Source of the DNA: an uncultured Thermoleophilia bacterium
Lineage (GTDB): Bacteria; Actinomycetota; Thermoleophilia; UBA2241
Direction: 5' to 3'
Assembly: GCA_963702475.1 (NCBI GenBank)
Contig: CAVPCT010000005.1
Coordinates: 96,001-160,000 of the forward strand
Length of the DNA stretch: 64,000 bases
The stretch's first letter is position 1; every line of letters starts with the position of its first letter. Positions 10,018 through 19,188 of the stretch are shown piece after piece. A model generated the notes under the pieces. The model did not search any database. It was not told where the DNA came from and was given only the letters and a program-made list of their open reading frames with translations. A program made the position numbers and the translations under genes.

Positions 10018-10556
10018 GACGGACCCAGGCACCCGTTCAGCACGCGGGTCGTCGTGCGCCCGTTCCAATCGGCGCCGACCGTGACCTCGAGGCGTGCGAC
10101 ACGTGAGGTCCAGCCCGGCTCGAGCAGGGCGGCGCCTGCGAGCTCCTGCCCATCGGCCGCGAAGTACCGCACCGCGAACGCCCCGACCCGATCTGCGAGG
10201 TACGTTCCGGCGGCCTTGCGCCACAGCACGCGGCGCGACCGGTCCCAGACGACCGCGACGGTCTCCGGCGCCTCACCGGGGTGCCTGTGCAGGACTGCGA
10301 ACGATTCCGCCGGCGCCCGGCCTGCGGGCGTAGGAAGCAGCTGCGCAGCCTGCGCGAGATCGTCACCGATGACGCGCACCGCGTAGGCGCCGGCTGTGAC
10401 CGCCTGGGCTCGCGCCCCGAGGGTGCGAGCCGCATCGCCCGCGTTCCACACGAACGGCCACGCGCCGGCGAGCGCCACACCCGCGACACAGGTCGCCACG
10501 AGCAGTTCGATCAGCGTGAGACCGGTCGAGCGCGCGCCGGTCGTGCCCACCCTCAT
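10014..10556 (-). CDS. PilW-like minor pilin
   Basis: G|LTLIELLVA prepilin motif; ATG at 10556 overlaps upstream stop. Confidence 0.7.
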   Translation of the reverse strand: MRVGTTGARSTGLTLIELLVATCVAGVALAGAWPFVWNAGDAARTLGARAQAVTAGAYAVRVIGDDLAQAAQLLPTPAGRAPAESFAVLHRHPGEAPETVAVVWDRSRRVLWRKAAGTYLADRVGAFAVRYFAADGQELAGAALLEPGWTSRVARLEVTVGADWNGRTTTRVLNGCLGPS

Positions 10557-11200
10557 GAGACCGCCCCCTCGACGCCTGCGCCGGCCGCCGGCCCCGAGTC
10601 GAGGCGCGTGGATGAAGCGACCGGATGGGCGCGGCAGGCCACCGCGCCATCGAGAGAGGGACGCAGGGCGTGCAGCACGAACCGCCGCTCGGCAGCGGGG
10701 CCCGGCCGGCCGGCCAGCTCGAGACGCAGTTCGACGGCCAGCGCCGGTGGGCGGGCATCCTCCCATATCGCCCACCCACGCACCTCGGCCGCCGACAGCG
10801 GCGTCGTGGCGGCGTCGGTCACACGCACGAGCGTAGCCGTGCGGCGCACCACGCTGCCCTCGAAGGGCATCTCGCTGATGAAGGTCGCCGCTCCGGACTC
10901 ATCCATGAACCCGTCCGGCCCGACGTTGAGCTCCGGTCGTGCGTGCGGGAACACCTCGCCGAGCAGTGAGGGCGGCCCCTCACCGGGCCCGTTGCCCTGA
11001 CGGTAGAACGTCAGCGCCGTGAGGCGGGCGGCCTCGGCGTCGAGCAGCCGCCCCGCCTCACGCCCCTGCTGTGCGGCGGCCTCGGCGCGGAAGGCCGTGT
11101 GGAGGGCGCCCGCGGCGGCCAGGCAGCCGAGAGCGAGGACCCCGACGGCCACGGCCGCCTCGATGAGGGAGAAACCACCCCGACGGATGTTCAGACGCAC
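10553..11200 (-). CDS. PilV-like minor pilin
   Basis: RRGG|FSLIEAAVAVGVL prepilin motif. Confidence 0.7.
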   Translation of the reverse strand: MRLNIRRGGFSLIEAAVAVGVLALGCLAAAGALHTAFRAEAAAQQGREAGRLLDAEAARLTALTFYRQGNGPGEGPPSLLGEVFPHARPELNVGPDGFMDESGAATFISEMPFEGSVVRRTATLVRVTDAATTPLSAAEVRGWAIWEDARPPALAVELRLELAGRPGPAAERRFVLHALRPSLDGAVACRAHPVASSTRLDSGPAAGAGVEGAVS

Positions 11201-11646
11201 CGTACGCACCCGCCGAGCTGGACGATGACGTTGCGGATCGAGGCGCCGGCGCCGATCGCGAAGTGCCCGGCGCGGGGACTCACCCCGCCGACCACGGTGG
11301 GCAGGCCTCCGGGACCGAACTCCACCGTTCCGTCGGGGTAGTTGGATGCGACGGCGGCGCCCAGGTGGCCGTCGGCGACGCGCTCCTGGGGCGAGCCCGC
11401 CTCGACGACGCGGAACCTCCCGGACGCCTCGACCTCGACCCGGACCGGGACGCCCTGGGCTTGCGCGCGCACCTGCGCCGTGCGCAGAACGAGAGCGAGG
11501 CGCGCGGCGGCGTCCGCGGCGCGCAACGTGCGCCGCGCGTGGACGACCCCGGGCACGGCCACGGTGCACAGCAGCGCCGAGACCGACAGGACCACGACCA
11601 GTTCGACCAGCGTGACCCCCGCGCCCCGCGTCCACCACCCTCGCAT
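11191..11646 (-). CDS. FimT/GspH-like minor pilin
   Basis: G|VTLVELVVVL, LRTAQVRAQ, VEFGPGGLP, VIVQLGGCV. Confidence 0.75.
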   Translation of the reverse strand: MRGWWTRGAGVTLVELVVVLSVSALLCTVAVPGVVHARRTLRAADAAARLALVLRTAQVRAQAQGVPVRVEVEASGRFRVVEAGSPQERVADGHLGAAVASNYPDGTVEFGPGGLPTVVGGVSPRAGHFAIGAGASIRNVIVQLGGCVRCV

Positions 11647-11855
11647 CCCTCGCCTCCCGTCTGGCTCGCCGCCTCTCCGGCCTGCCGGCCGCGCAAGGAC
11701 GAGGGTAGACGCCGGAGGACGCGCAGACGAGGGTGACGTAGGCACCACCACGGTGACGTTGGACCTGGGGCGATCCGGCCGGCGGCCAGACCGCGGGACG
11801 ACACCGCAACGGCGATGTGTCCGCCGGGCCGGGACGGTCCCGCGCCGGCAGACCC

Positions 11856-12629
11856 TCAGCCCCGAAACACCAGGCCGAGATACGCGCTGATGAGGGCTCC
11901 GCCGGCGAAGAGCGCCGCCACGCCGCCGGCGGCCATGAACGGCCCGAACGGGATGGGGGTCTGCCCGTCGCCCTTTCGCAGGGCGAGGATGAACGCGCCG
12001 ATGACGGCGCCGGCGACGAACCCGATGAACAGGGCAGGTACCACCGTGACGCCCAGGTAGAAGCCCATGCACAACGCGAGCTTCACATCCCCGAAACCCA
12101 TCCCCACCTGATGCCGCACGCGGAAGTAGATCTCACTCACCAGCAGGAAGAACCCGGCCGCGGCGACGCCGGCCACCGGGTACTGCCACCAGGGAGCGTC
12201 ACCGAGGACGATCATCAGGGGCAATCCGCCCGCGGCGACCGGGAGGATCACGACGTCGGGGATGAGCTGCTTCTCGATGTCGACCTGACTGACAAGCACG
12301 AGCGCCGACACGAAGAGGAGGTGCGGGACGAGGAGCCACGACACGCCGTCCAGGAGGAACACGCCGACCCACAGGGCGCACATGGCGGCTTCGCCCACGG
12401 GGTACCGCCAGCCGATGCGCGCGCCGCAGTCGCGGCAGCGTCCACGCAGGATCAGCCAGCTGACCACGGGGACGTTGTCGTGGGCGCGGACGAGATGGCC
12501 GCACTGCGTGCAATGGGAGCGACCCCGCGTGATGTGCTCACCGTGAGCGAGGCGCCAGGCCCACGCGTTGACGAAGCTGCCGACGATGAGGCCGTACACG
12601 GCCGCGACGGCGATGAAGAACCCGGTCAC
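11856..12629 (-). CDS. pilD: Prepilin peptidase/N-methyltransferase
   Basis: GSFVN, RSHCTQC...RGRCRDC zinc motif, VDIE, GMGFGDVKL, IPFGPFMA. Confidence 0.95.
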   Translation of the reverse strand: MTGFFIAVAAVYGLIVGSFVNAWAWRLAHGEHITRGRSHCTQCGHLVRAHDNVPVVSWLILRGRCRDCGARIGWRYPVGEAAMCALWVGVFLLDGVSWLLVPHLLFVSALVLVSQVDIEKQLIPDVVILPVAAGGLPLMIVLGDAPWWQYPVAGVAAAGFFLLVSEIYFRVRHQVGMGFGDVKLALCMGFYLGVTVVPALFIGFVAGAVIGAFILALRKGDGQTPIPFGPFMAAGGVAALFAGGALISAYLGLVFRG

Positions 12630-12636
12630 GCCGCCG

Positions 12637-13380
12637 TCACGTGTAGCCCTTGAAGAGCGCGGCGATCAGGGCGTCGAACTGGTCCTGCGGCATGGTGCCG
12701 TAGAGGGGCGCGAGCGCTTTCATGCGCGCGCCCTTCTCCTCCGGCAGCAGCTCATCGAGTTCCTCGACGGCGCGCTCCTGTGCGTACTTGTCGCCGCCCA
12801 TGTACGCCTGCCCCCACATCACGATGGCCTTCTCGGTATCGCCGCCCTTGGCCGCGAGGATCGCCGCCAGTCGAGGAAGGTACTCCGGGCTGCCGGGCAT
12901 GGTCGCGGCCTTCTCGTACCACTGCGACGCGACCAGATCCTTCTCCTCCCCCGAGCCGTACCTGTAGGCGAAGAAGCCGAGGTAGGCGGGAAAGCGCCAG
13001 TCGTCCGGATTCTCCTTGAACCCCTTCTGCAGGAGTTCGTAGCTGAGCTCGGGGCGCCCCGCGTCTACCAGCGCGAACGCCCCGAACAGATAGGCGCGCG
13101 TGAAGTGCTGGCTGAGGGTGGTCACGAGGTCGACCATCTCGGGCAGTGAGTCCAAACGCTTGTCGTCCTTCATGCGCTCGCCGTAGTACTGCACCATGAG
13201 CAGGTAGTAGGTGTCGGCGATGGTCGTCCGAAAGCTCGGCGAGAAGTCCAGGAAGAAGCTCGGCGACGGCACGAACACCTTCGGCCCGGCCGGAGCTTTG
13301 GCCGGCCTCGTGACCTGGTACCCCACGACGCCTGCGGCACAGAGCAGGACGACGACCACGGCGAGGGCGCGCTGCAGCAC
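12637..13380 (-). CDS. Membrane-anchored TPR-like protein of the pilus-linked ABC module
   Basis: N-terminal TM, helical repeats (LLQKGFKENPDDWRFPAYLGF, WYEKAA); coupled to the ABC permease. Confidence 0.65.
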   Translation of the reverse strand: MLQRALAVVVVLLCAAGVVGYQVTRPAKAPAGPKVFVPSPSFFLDFSPSFRTTIADTYYLLMVQYYGERMKDDKRLDSLPEMVDLVTTLSQHFTRAYLFGAFALVDAGRPELSYELLQKGFKENPDDWRFPAYLGFFAYRYGSGEEKDLVASQWYEKAATMPGSPEYLPRLAAILAAKGGDTEKAIVMWGQAYMGGDKYAQERAVEELDELLPEEKGARMKALAPLYGTMPQDQFDALIAALFKGYT

Positions 13381-13381
13381 G

Positions 13382-14146
13382 TCAGAACTCCTTGCGGCGG
13401 AAGACCAGCACGCCGAGCGCCAGCACCACCACCACGTAGGCCACCAGGTATGCGGTCCACAGTGCCACCTCGCTCCAGGGCACGGTCTGCTCACCGACCA
13501 CCCCGGCCTTCACGTCCACGGCGGAGAGGTTCGGGATGATCACGTACACCACCCACGAGAGCGCCTGCGTGGCCGCGTTCTTGCCCAGACGGGTGAGCGA
13601 CAGCACGTTCTGGCTGAGCTGGCCGGCCACGAAGACGCAGATGCCCAGCACGCTGGCGAGGATCGCCGAGGTGATGGTGGAGAAGAAGATCGTGACCGCC
13701 ATCACCGCCAGGAGCTGGACGTAGATCATCAGCGTCGCGACGAGCACCATCCACGACGGGCTTCCGTCGACGATGAGGACCACCACGAACAGGAACGCGC
13801 CCATGCCGGCGAGCACGATGGCCATGGTGCCGCAGAGCCCCAGGAACTTGCCGAACACGAAGGCGCCGCGGCTCACCGGCTTGGAGAAGAGCACGAACAC
13901 GGTGCGCTTCTCGACCTCCTTGTGCACGAGGCTCGCCGCGACGAACACGGCCACGATGAGGCCGAACAGGGTCACCGCCGCCAGCCCGAAGTCCTTCATC
14001 ATGCGACCCTGCTGCCCGAGGCTGATGCTGCCGAGCCACAGGCCGCCGGCGATCATGATGAGGGCGAACACCACGATCACGCCGAGGATGCGGTCGCGGA
14101 TGGTCTCCTTGAGCGTGTTCACGGCGATGGCAGCGAGCTGGTTCAC
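13382..14146 (-). CDS. ABC-2 type permease (PilI-like)
   Basis: IAVNTLKETIRDR, KEVEKRTVFVLFSKPVSR...GKFLG, C-terminal FRRKEF; multiple TM helices. Confidence 0.85.
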   Translation of the reverse strand: MNQLAAIAVNTLKETIRDRILGVIVVFALIMIAGGLWLGSISLGQQGRMMKDFGLAAVTLFGLIVAVFVAASLVHKEVEKRTVFVLFSKPVSRGAFVFGKFLGLCGTMAIVLAGMGAFLFVVVLIVDGSPSWMVLVATLMIYVQLLAVMAVTIFFSTITSAILASVLGICVFVAGQLSQNVLSLTRLGKNAATQALSWVVYVIIPNLSAVDVKAGVVGEQTVPWSEVALWTAYLVAYVVVVLALGVLVFRRKEF

Positions 14147-14889
14147 GCCGTGACCACGTTGATGAAGAAGTCCTCGAGCGACGGCGACTCGTCGAGGGCC
14201 TCCGCCACCGTGCCCTGCCAGGCCACGCAACCCTCGCGCATGATCGCGATGCGCGAACACAGCTCGTGCACATCGCTCAGGATGTGCGAGTTGAACAGCA
14301 CCGTCTTGCCGCGCTCGTGGAGCTCCTCAATGATGCGCTTCACCTCGACGCGACCCACCGGGTCGAGCCCGGTCATGGGCTCGTCCAGCAGCACCAGCTC
14401 GGGGTCGTTGACGAGCGCCTGGGCGATGCCGATGCGCTGCAGCATGCCCTTGGAGTACTTGCGCAGGTGGGTGTCGGCGGCGGCCTGCAGGCCGACCTGC
14501 CCCAGCAGGTCGTCCACGCGCCGCCGCCGCTCGTCGCCGTGCAGCGCGAACAGGCGGGCGCACATGCCGAGGAACTCGCGGCCCGAGAGGTAGTCGTAGA
14601 AGTAGGGGTTCTCGGGCAGGTACCCGATGTGGCCCAGCCCGGGGACGCCCAGGGCCACGCTGCCGGCCGAGGGGCGCATCAGGCCCAGGATGCACTTCAC
14701 CGTGGTGGTCTTGCCGGCTCCGTTCGGGCCAAGCAGGCCGAACGTGTCGTTGCGCAGGACGGTGAGGTCCACTCCCTTGAGGATGTCGACACGGCGACGG
14801 CTGAAGCCGACGTGCACGGTCTTGTGGAGGCCGTCAACGTGGACGGCGTCCTGCCTCCTGGACTGTGCCGTCTCGCCGGCTACGGGCAC
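14143..14889 (-). CDS. ABC transporter ATP-binding protein (PilH-like)
   Basis: GPNGAGKTT, YSKGMLQRIG, LLDEPMTGLDP, NSH. Confidence 0.92.
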   Translation of the reverse strand: MPVAGETAQSRRQDAVHVDGLHKTVHVGFSRRRVDILKGVDLTVLRNDTFGLLGPNGAGKTTTVKCILGLMRPSAGSVALGVPGLGHIGYLPENPYFYDYLSGREFLGMCARLFALHGDERRRRVDDLLGQVGLQAAADTHLRKYSKGMLQRIGIAQALVNDPELVLLDEPMTGLDPVGRVEVKRIIEELHERGKTVLFNSHILSDVHELCSRIAIMREGCVAWQGTVAEALDESPSLEDFFINVVTA

Positions 14890-15026
14890 GTGGGCCGCCC
14901 TTCCTCTTCCGCTCTCGCTGCTCAGCGCCGGCCGCGCCAGAGGCGCTCGCCGCGCGCGGCAAGTCTACCGCGTGCGGCGTCCGCGATGCCAAAGGCAAGC
15001 CGGCGCCCGATGTGAGCGAGACGCAG

Positions 15027-15428
15027 TCACGGGGCGGTGATCACGTCACTGCTCTGTCCGTGACCCACCAGGCGGAAGTGGTTCGTCGTGCTCGTGTAGG
15101 TGTAGTCGCCGCGGCTCGAGCTCTCGGCCATGTCGGCGTCGGTCCAGGGGTTCGCAGGCCAGTTGTCGACGTAGCTCGTGCCCGCGGCGTCCACCATCGA
15201 CGCCTTGCTCACCGTGCCGCTGGCCGGGTACACGTCGTTGTGATCGACGGCATAGCTGGCGATGCCCAGCTCGATGTTGTGCACGCCTCCCTTGACCGCC
15301 GACTCCTTCGCCCTGTCACGCTGACCGAGGTACATCGGGATCGCGATGGCGGCAAGGATACCGATGATGATGATGACGATCAGGAGTTCGATGAGGGTGA
15401 ACCCCGCGTCACCCCTTGTTAGCTTCAC
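15027..15428 (-). CDS. Type IV pilin paralog 2
   Basis: G|FTLIELLIVIIIIGILAAIAIP; GTG at 15428 preceded by GGGGAGG. Confidence 0.88.
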   Translation of the reverse strand: MKLTRGDAGFTLIELLIVIIIIGILAAIAIPMYLGQRDRAKESAVKGGVHNIELGIASYAVDHNDVYPASGTVSKASMVDAAGTSYVDNWPANPWTDADMAESSSRGDYTYTSTTNHFRLVGHGQSSDVITAP

Positions 15429-15707
15429 GACGACCTCCCCGTGTCCATGGCCGCGCCGCACTCACATACCACCAGCGGCGCCGTATTCTCGGCTCGCCAC
15501 AGGCTGCACCCCGCTTCGGCGGCAGCCCAGCCGGCTCATCGAGCCCTGTGGCTTCACGCACCACCCTCACGAGTGGTTCGCCCTGAACGCCTTCACTGGA
15601 ATCGTACCGGATTCACGCGATTCTAGACGCCCGATACTGGTGCGGCCGGTGGCTTTCGCTCCTGCGCGCCCCGGGTGCGGGGCTGAGGAGCAGGATGATG
15701 CTCAACG

Positions 15708-15741
15708 AAAAGGCCGGGGGCGCCCATGGCAGCCCCCGGCC
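15708..15741 (-). terminator. Intrinsic terminator after pilin 1
   Basis: GC-rich stem ggccgggggc...gcccccggcc followed by TTTT on the minus strand. Confidence 0.75.
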
Positions 15742-15766
15742 ATCTCGTGCGTGCTGGTCAGGCTGC

Positions 15767-16153
15767 TTACGGGACGGTGATGACGCCCGTGCCGCTCTTG
15801 CCGTGTCCGATGATCTGGAAGACTGCGGAGCCTCCACCGGTGTACGAGTAGTTGCCCTGCGTGCTCGCATTCGTCATCGCGACATTGGTCCAGGGGTTCT
15901 TCGGCCAGATGTCGACGTAAGAAGCCATCGCGCCGCTGTCGACCGTGGTGGGGTAGTAGTCGTTGTGGTCGACGGCGTAGCTCTGGACGCCCACCTGGAT
16001 GCTGTGTACGCCTTCCTTTACGGCCGACTCCTTGGCCTTGTCGCGCTGGCCCAGGAACATCGGGATCGCGATCGCGGCGAGGATGCCGATGATGATGATC
16101 ACAATCAGGAGTTCGATGAGGGTGAAACCCCCCTTGCCGCGGAACCGCTTCAT
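15767..16153 (-). CDS. pilA: Type IV major pilin candidate
   Basis: MKRFRGKGG|FTLIELLIVIIIIGILAAIAIPMF; own promoter, AAGGAG RBS and terminator. Confidence 0.85.
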   Translation of the reverse strand: MKRFRGKGGFTLIELLIVIIIIGILAAIAIPMFLGQRDKAKESAVKEGVHSIQVGVQSYAVDHNDYYPTTVDSGAMASYVDIWPKNPWTNVAMTNASTQGNYSYTGGGSAVFQIIGHGKSGTGVITVP

Positions 16154-16229
16154 GTGCCTCTCCTCCTTGTCGACTGCCAAGCTCGCTGACTCCGAACGGT
16201 CTGCGAGATGCCTGCCCCGCTTGACGTCT

Positions 16230-16257
16230 GCATCGGCAGAAGGAGCTGATGACTTGA
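16230..16257 (-). promoter_or_regulatory. sigma28/WhiG-type promoter upstream of pilin 1
   Basis: Minus strand TCAA-N16-GCCGATGC. Confidence 0.6.
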
Positions 16258-16505
16258 CTCCCCGTCCGGCCGAATCCTTGCCTGCGTGGCCACAGACACC
16301 TCTCGTGACTTATCCTGCCCCTGGTCCCATTCGCCGGACTGGAACGAATGTCTAGGGACGGATACCTACGCCGCATGGGCAACATTCTCCACAGAGCTCG
16401 ACCGATCGCCCGCGGACGCAGGGAAGTCTGCGTGGAGGACACGGCCTGACCGCGCCGGCCCCCCATCAGCGCATCGGCACGGCCGGCCACGGGTCTGGCG
16501 AGTAC

Positions 16506-17768
16506 TTGGCACACTCCAGAGCGGTCCATCTGGCCGTCCTCGCCCTCCCCTTCCTCCTGGTCGTAGCAGGCTGGCACGGGCTCGCCGGCTCCTTCCCCAC
16601 GCTGCAAGGCGGCGACGAGATCCTGCACTGGGACATCGTCCGCGCCGTACTGGACCAGTGGCCGCGCCCGATGATCAGCGGCTACGGCGCCTGGTCCGGC
16701 CCCTTGGTGTACTGGCTCCTGGCCGCGGTCGCAACGCCGTTCGGGGGGTCGCTCGTGGCGACGCGGCTGGTCGTCGCACTGTTCTCGTGGGCCACCTGCG
16801 CGGTCGCTTACGTGCTCTTCCGCGACCGCCTCCATGCGCGCCCCACCGACGCGCTGTCCCTGGCACTGCTGCTCGCGGTATCACCGTTCTTTCTGGGCCA
16901 ATCCTTCCACGTGCTCACCGACAACCCGACCTGGTTCTTCGTCGTCCTCGCCCTCGAACGCCTTCTGGCCTTTGCGTCGCGGCCGGCGTTTCTGCGGCTG
17001 GCGTCGTTCGCCGCGTGCGTCACGGCGGCCACCCTGATGCGGCACATCTCCGTGTGGCTGCTGCTCCCCGGGCTCGTCGCAGTCCTGACCGCGCCGGCGC
17101 CGCGCTCGCGCAAGATCGCGTATCTCGGCCTGCTGGCGCTGTCACTCGTGCCGCTCGCAACCCTGCTGCTCTATTGGGGCGGACCACTTCCGCCTGCGCC
17201 CGGCGGGGAATCGGCGTCAACGCCACTGGCTGGGCGCTACCGTCTGCGCAACCTGCTGCTCACCTTGGGCGTGGCGGGCTGGTACAGCGTCTTTCTGATC
17301 CCAAGCGGCCAAGCGGCGGCCTGGTGGCGACGATCCCGAGAGGACCGCGTGTTCCTGCTTGGCACAGCGCTCCCTGCGGCAGCCGTGTTCGCGCTCGTCA
17401 CGGCCGGCGCCTTGGGCACCGTGGTCAGTTACCTCGGCCTGCCGGGCAGGGTCCCGCTCCCCGAGCTGGCGGGCGTGGGCATCCTATGGTGGCTGCTGAT
17501 CCCCCTGGGTGCTGCCGTCATCGGCGCGCTGGTCATCAGCCGCCCCGCCGGGATCCCCGGCCGGCTGCTCGTGGCCGCGCTTGCCGGCGTGCTACTGAGC
17601 GCGCTCGCGAATCCCCGGTGGTACGAGCGCTATGTGGACATGCCGGTTGTACTGTTGCTCGCCGGTCTCGCTGTGACCGCCGGCGTCACGCTGACCCGGA
17701 CCGACCGCGAGCGCTGGCTCCTCGCCATCCTCGTCTCGCTCCTGGCCGTCGCGTGGCTCCGGGTCTGA
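16506..17768 (+). CDS. GT-C fold (ArnT/PMT-like) polytopic glycosyltransferase
   Basis: About 10-12 hydrophobic helices, DE motif (GGDEILHW) in the first loop, LTDNP, ERY motif near the C-terminus. Confidence 0.65.
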   Translation: MAHSRAVHLAVLALPFLLVVAGWHGLAGSFPTLQGGDEILHWDIVRAVLDQWPRPMISGYGAWSGPLVYWLLAAVATPFGGSLVATRLVVALFSWATCAVAYVLFRDRLHARPTDALSLALLLAVSPFFLGQSFHVLTDNPTWFFVVLALERLLAFASRPAFLRLASFAACVTAATLMRHISVWLLLPGLVAVLTAPAPRSRKIAYLGLLALSLVPLATLLLYWGGPLPPAPGGESASTPLAGRYRLRNLLLTLGVAGWYSVFLIPSGQAAAWWRRSREDRVFLLGTALPAAAVFALVTAGALGTVVSYLGLPGRVPLPELAGVGILWWLLIPLGAAVIGALVISRPAGIPGRLLVAALAGVLLSALANPRWYERYVDMPVVLLLAGLAVTAGVTLTRTDRERWLLAILVSLLAVAWLRV

Positions 17769-17787
17769 CACGCCGGAAGCCATCGGC

Positions 17788-18384
17788 TCACAGGAACTCG
17801 AAGGTCGCCATGGAGGAGACGAGCTCCCTGCCCGTGGTCGCCCAGGTGGCGCGGGAAGCCTGGGCACGGACCAGGTAGGCCAAGTCATCCTTGAACGCCA
17901 GCTGAGCGGACGCCGCCACATCCTTGCCCTCGATCGTGTAGGTGTACGTCTCAGTGACGGCCGGCCGGCTGTCGACGGTCGTCCAGGCCAAAGGCTTGGC
18001 GATCTTGAGCTCCGGCAGGTCGCCGACCAGGTCGGTGAGCATCGCCTCGAAATCCTTCTTGTGAGTGGTGAAGTCGGCCTCGTCGGGTGATCCGCTCATC
18101 TGGTAGACGGCAGCCTCGAGGGTGTCGACCGACTTGCCCCCGATCTGGACGCCTTCAGGGTCGACGAAGAACACGTTGAGCTCGGGCGCCCCCGGGTCTT
18201 TCGCGTCCTGAGGCACCTCCACCTTGCTGAAGCCGGACGGGTACTGGATCGCGAAGCCGAACTCCCGGTTTGAGTACGTCGTCGCGGTGAACCCGACGTC
18301 TGTGGGCGCGCCGCCGCAGGCGGACGCGACCGTGCCGAGCATCACAGCGGCCGCGAGCGCCGCGAGGGCGTGCAGGTACTTCAT
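17788..18384 (-). CDS. Lipoprotein, possibly PsbP-like fold
   Basis: Lipobox VASA|C; YSNREFGFAIQYPSGF start and C-terminal MATFEF typical of PsbP-like domains. Confidence 0.55.
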   Translation of the reverse strand: MKYLHALAALAAAVMLGTVASACGGAPTDVGFTATTYSNREFGFAIQYPSGFSKVEVPQDAKDPGAPELNVFFVDPEGVQIGGKSVDTLEAAVYQMSGSPDEADFTTHKKDFEAMLTDLVGDLPELKIAKPLAWTTVDSRPAVTETYTYTIEGKDVAASAQLAFKDDLAYLVRAQASRATWATTGRELVSSMATFEFL

Positions 18385-18431
18385 CCGACCTCCGATCGAT
18401 GCGGGCCGCCCGGCACTGCGTGGTGGCGGCG

Positions 18432-19172
18432 TCAGAAGAGCTTGTAGCCCAGGATCGCCTTGAGCCTGCCCAACGCCTTGATGGACTCGCGCGACACCTT
18501 CTTCTGCGTCAGCCCCAGTTCCTCCGCCACCTCCGCCTGCGTGAGCTCGCGGAAGAAGAGCATATAGATGAGACGGCGCTGAAAGCCTGAGAGCTTGTCC
18601 AGCGCGCCGTACAGAGCGATGCGGTCCTCGATAGGCAGGGCGAACGACTCCTGCCGCAGCGAGTGCACAACGTCGGGGTCGGCGATGGCGTCGAGCTCGC
18701 TCGACGAGAACGGCTCGTTGCGGCTGTGCAGCTCGATGCGAGCGTACAGGTTGGTGACCTCCAGGATGCCCGCTTCGTTGATGTTGAGGGCCTCGGCGAG
18801 CTCGCTCATCTGCGGGGGCCGGCCGAGCTTACGGAGCAGCTCGGCCGACTTCGCCTGGATCTCGCCGTAGACCTTCTTGACCCACCGCGGCTGCCGCATG
18901 AGCAACGAGTCGCGCAAATGGTGACGCAGCTCGCCGTCCACGATGGCCGTGGCGTAGGTGGAGAACTTGACGCCACGGTCAGAGTCGAAACGCTGGGCGG
19001 CCTTGATGAGCCCCAGATTGGCGACCTGCAGGAGGTCCTCATAAGGTTCCTGCGCGTAAGCGAAGCGTTTGAGGATGTGATGCAGCAGGTTCTGGTTGCG
19101 CCTGACCAGGTCGTCGAGCGCAGCCGGCGAGCCGCTCTCCGCGTACGCGGCGACGAGGGCCTCGTTGTCCAC
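18432..19172 (-). CDS. Group 3 sigma factor (SigB/F/G-like) inside the pilus operon
   Basis: EDLLQVANLGLIKAAQRFD, KFSTYA, GELRHHLRD, region 4 LTQAEVAEELGLTQKKVSR. Confidence 0.9.
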   Translation of the reverse strand: MDNEALVAAYAESGSPAALDDLVRRNQNLLHHILKRFAYAQEPYEDLLQVANLGLIKAAQRFDSDRGVKFSTYATAIVDGELRHHLRDSLLMRQPRWVKKVYGEIQAKSAELLRKLGRPPQMSELAEALNINEAGILEVTNLYARIELHSRNEPFSSSELDAIADPDVVHSLRQESFALPIEDRIALYGALDKLSGFQRRLIYMLFFRELTQAEVAEELGLTQKKVSRESIKALGRLKAILGYKLF

Positions 19173-19188
19173 GTCCGCCTCTCCGGCC

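Noticed and set aside
11647-11855. Short direct repeats (gacgagggt, ggtgacgt) in the pilD-fimT gap
   Set aside because: Only two copies of 8-9 nt in very GC-rich DNA; not distinguishable from chance.
15767-16126. Pilin 1 as an electrically conductive e-pilin
   Set aside because: It has F1, F24, Y50 and Y57 but Gln at position 27; there are no cytochrome genes in the window and the sequence criteria are themselves disputed.
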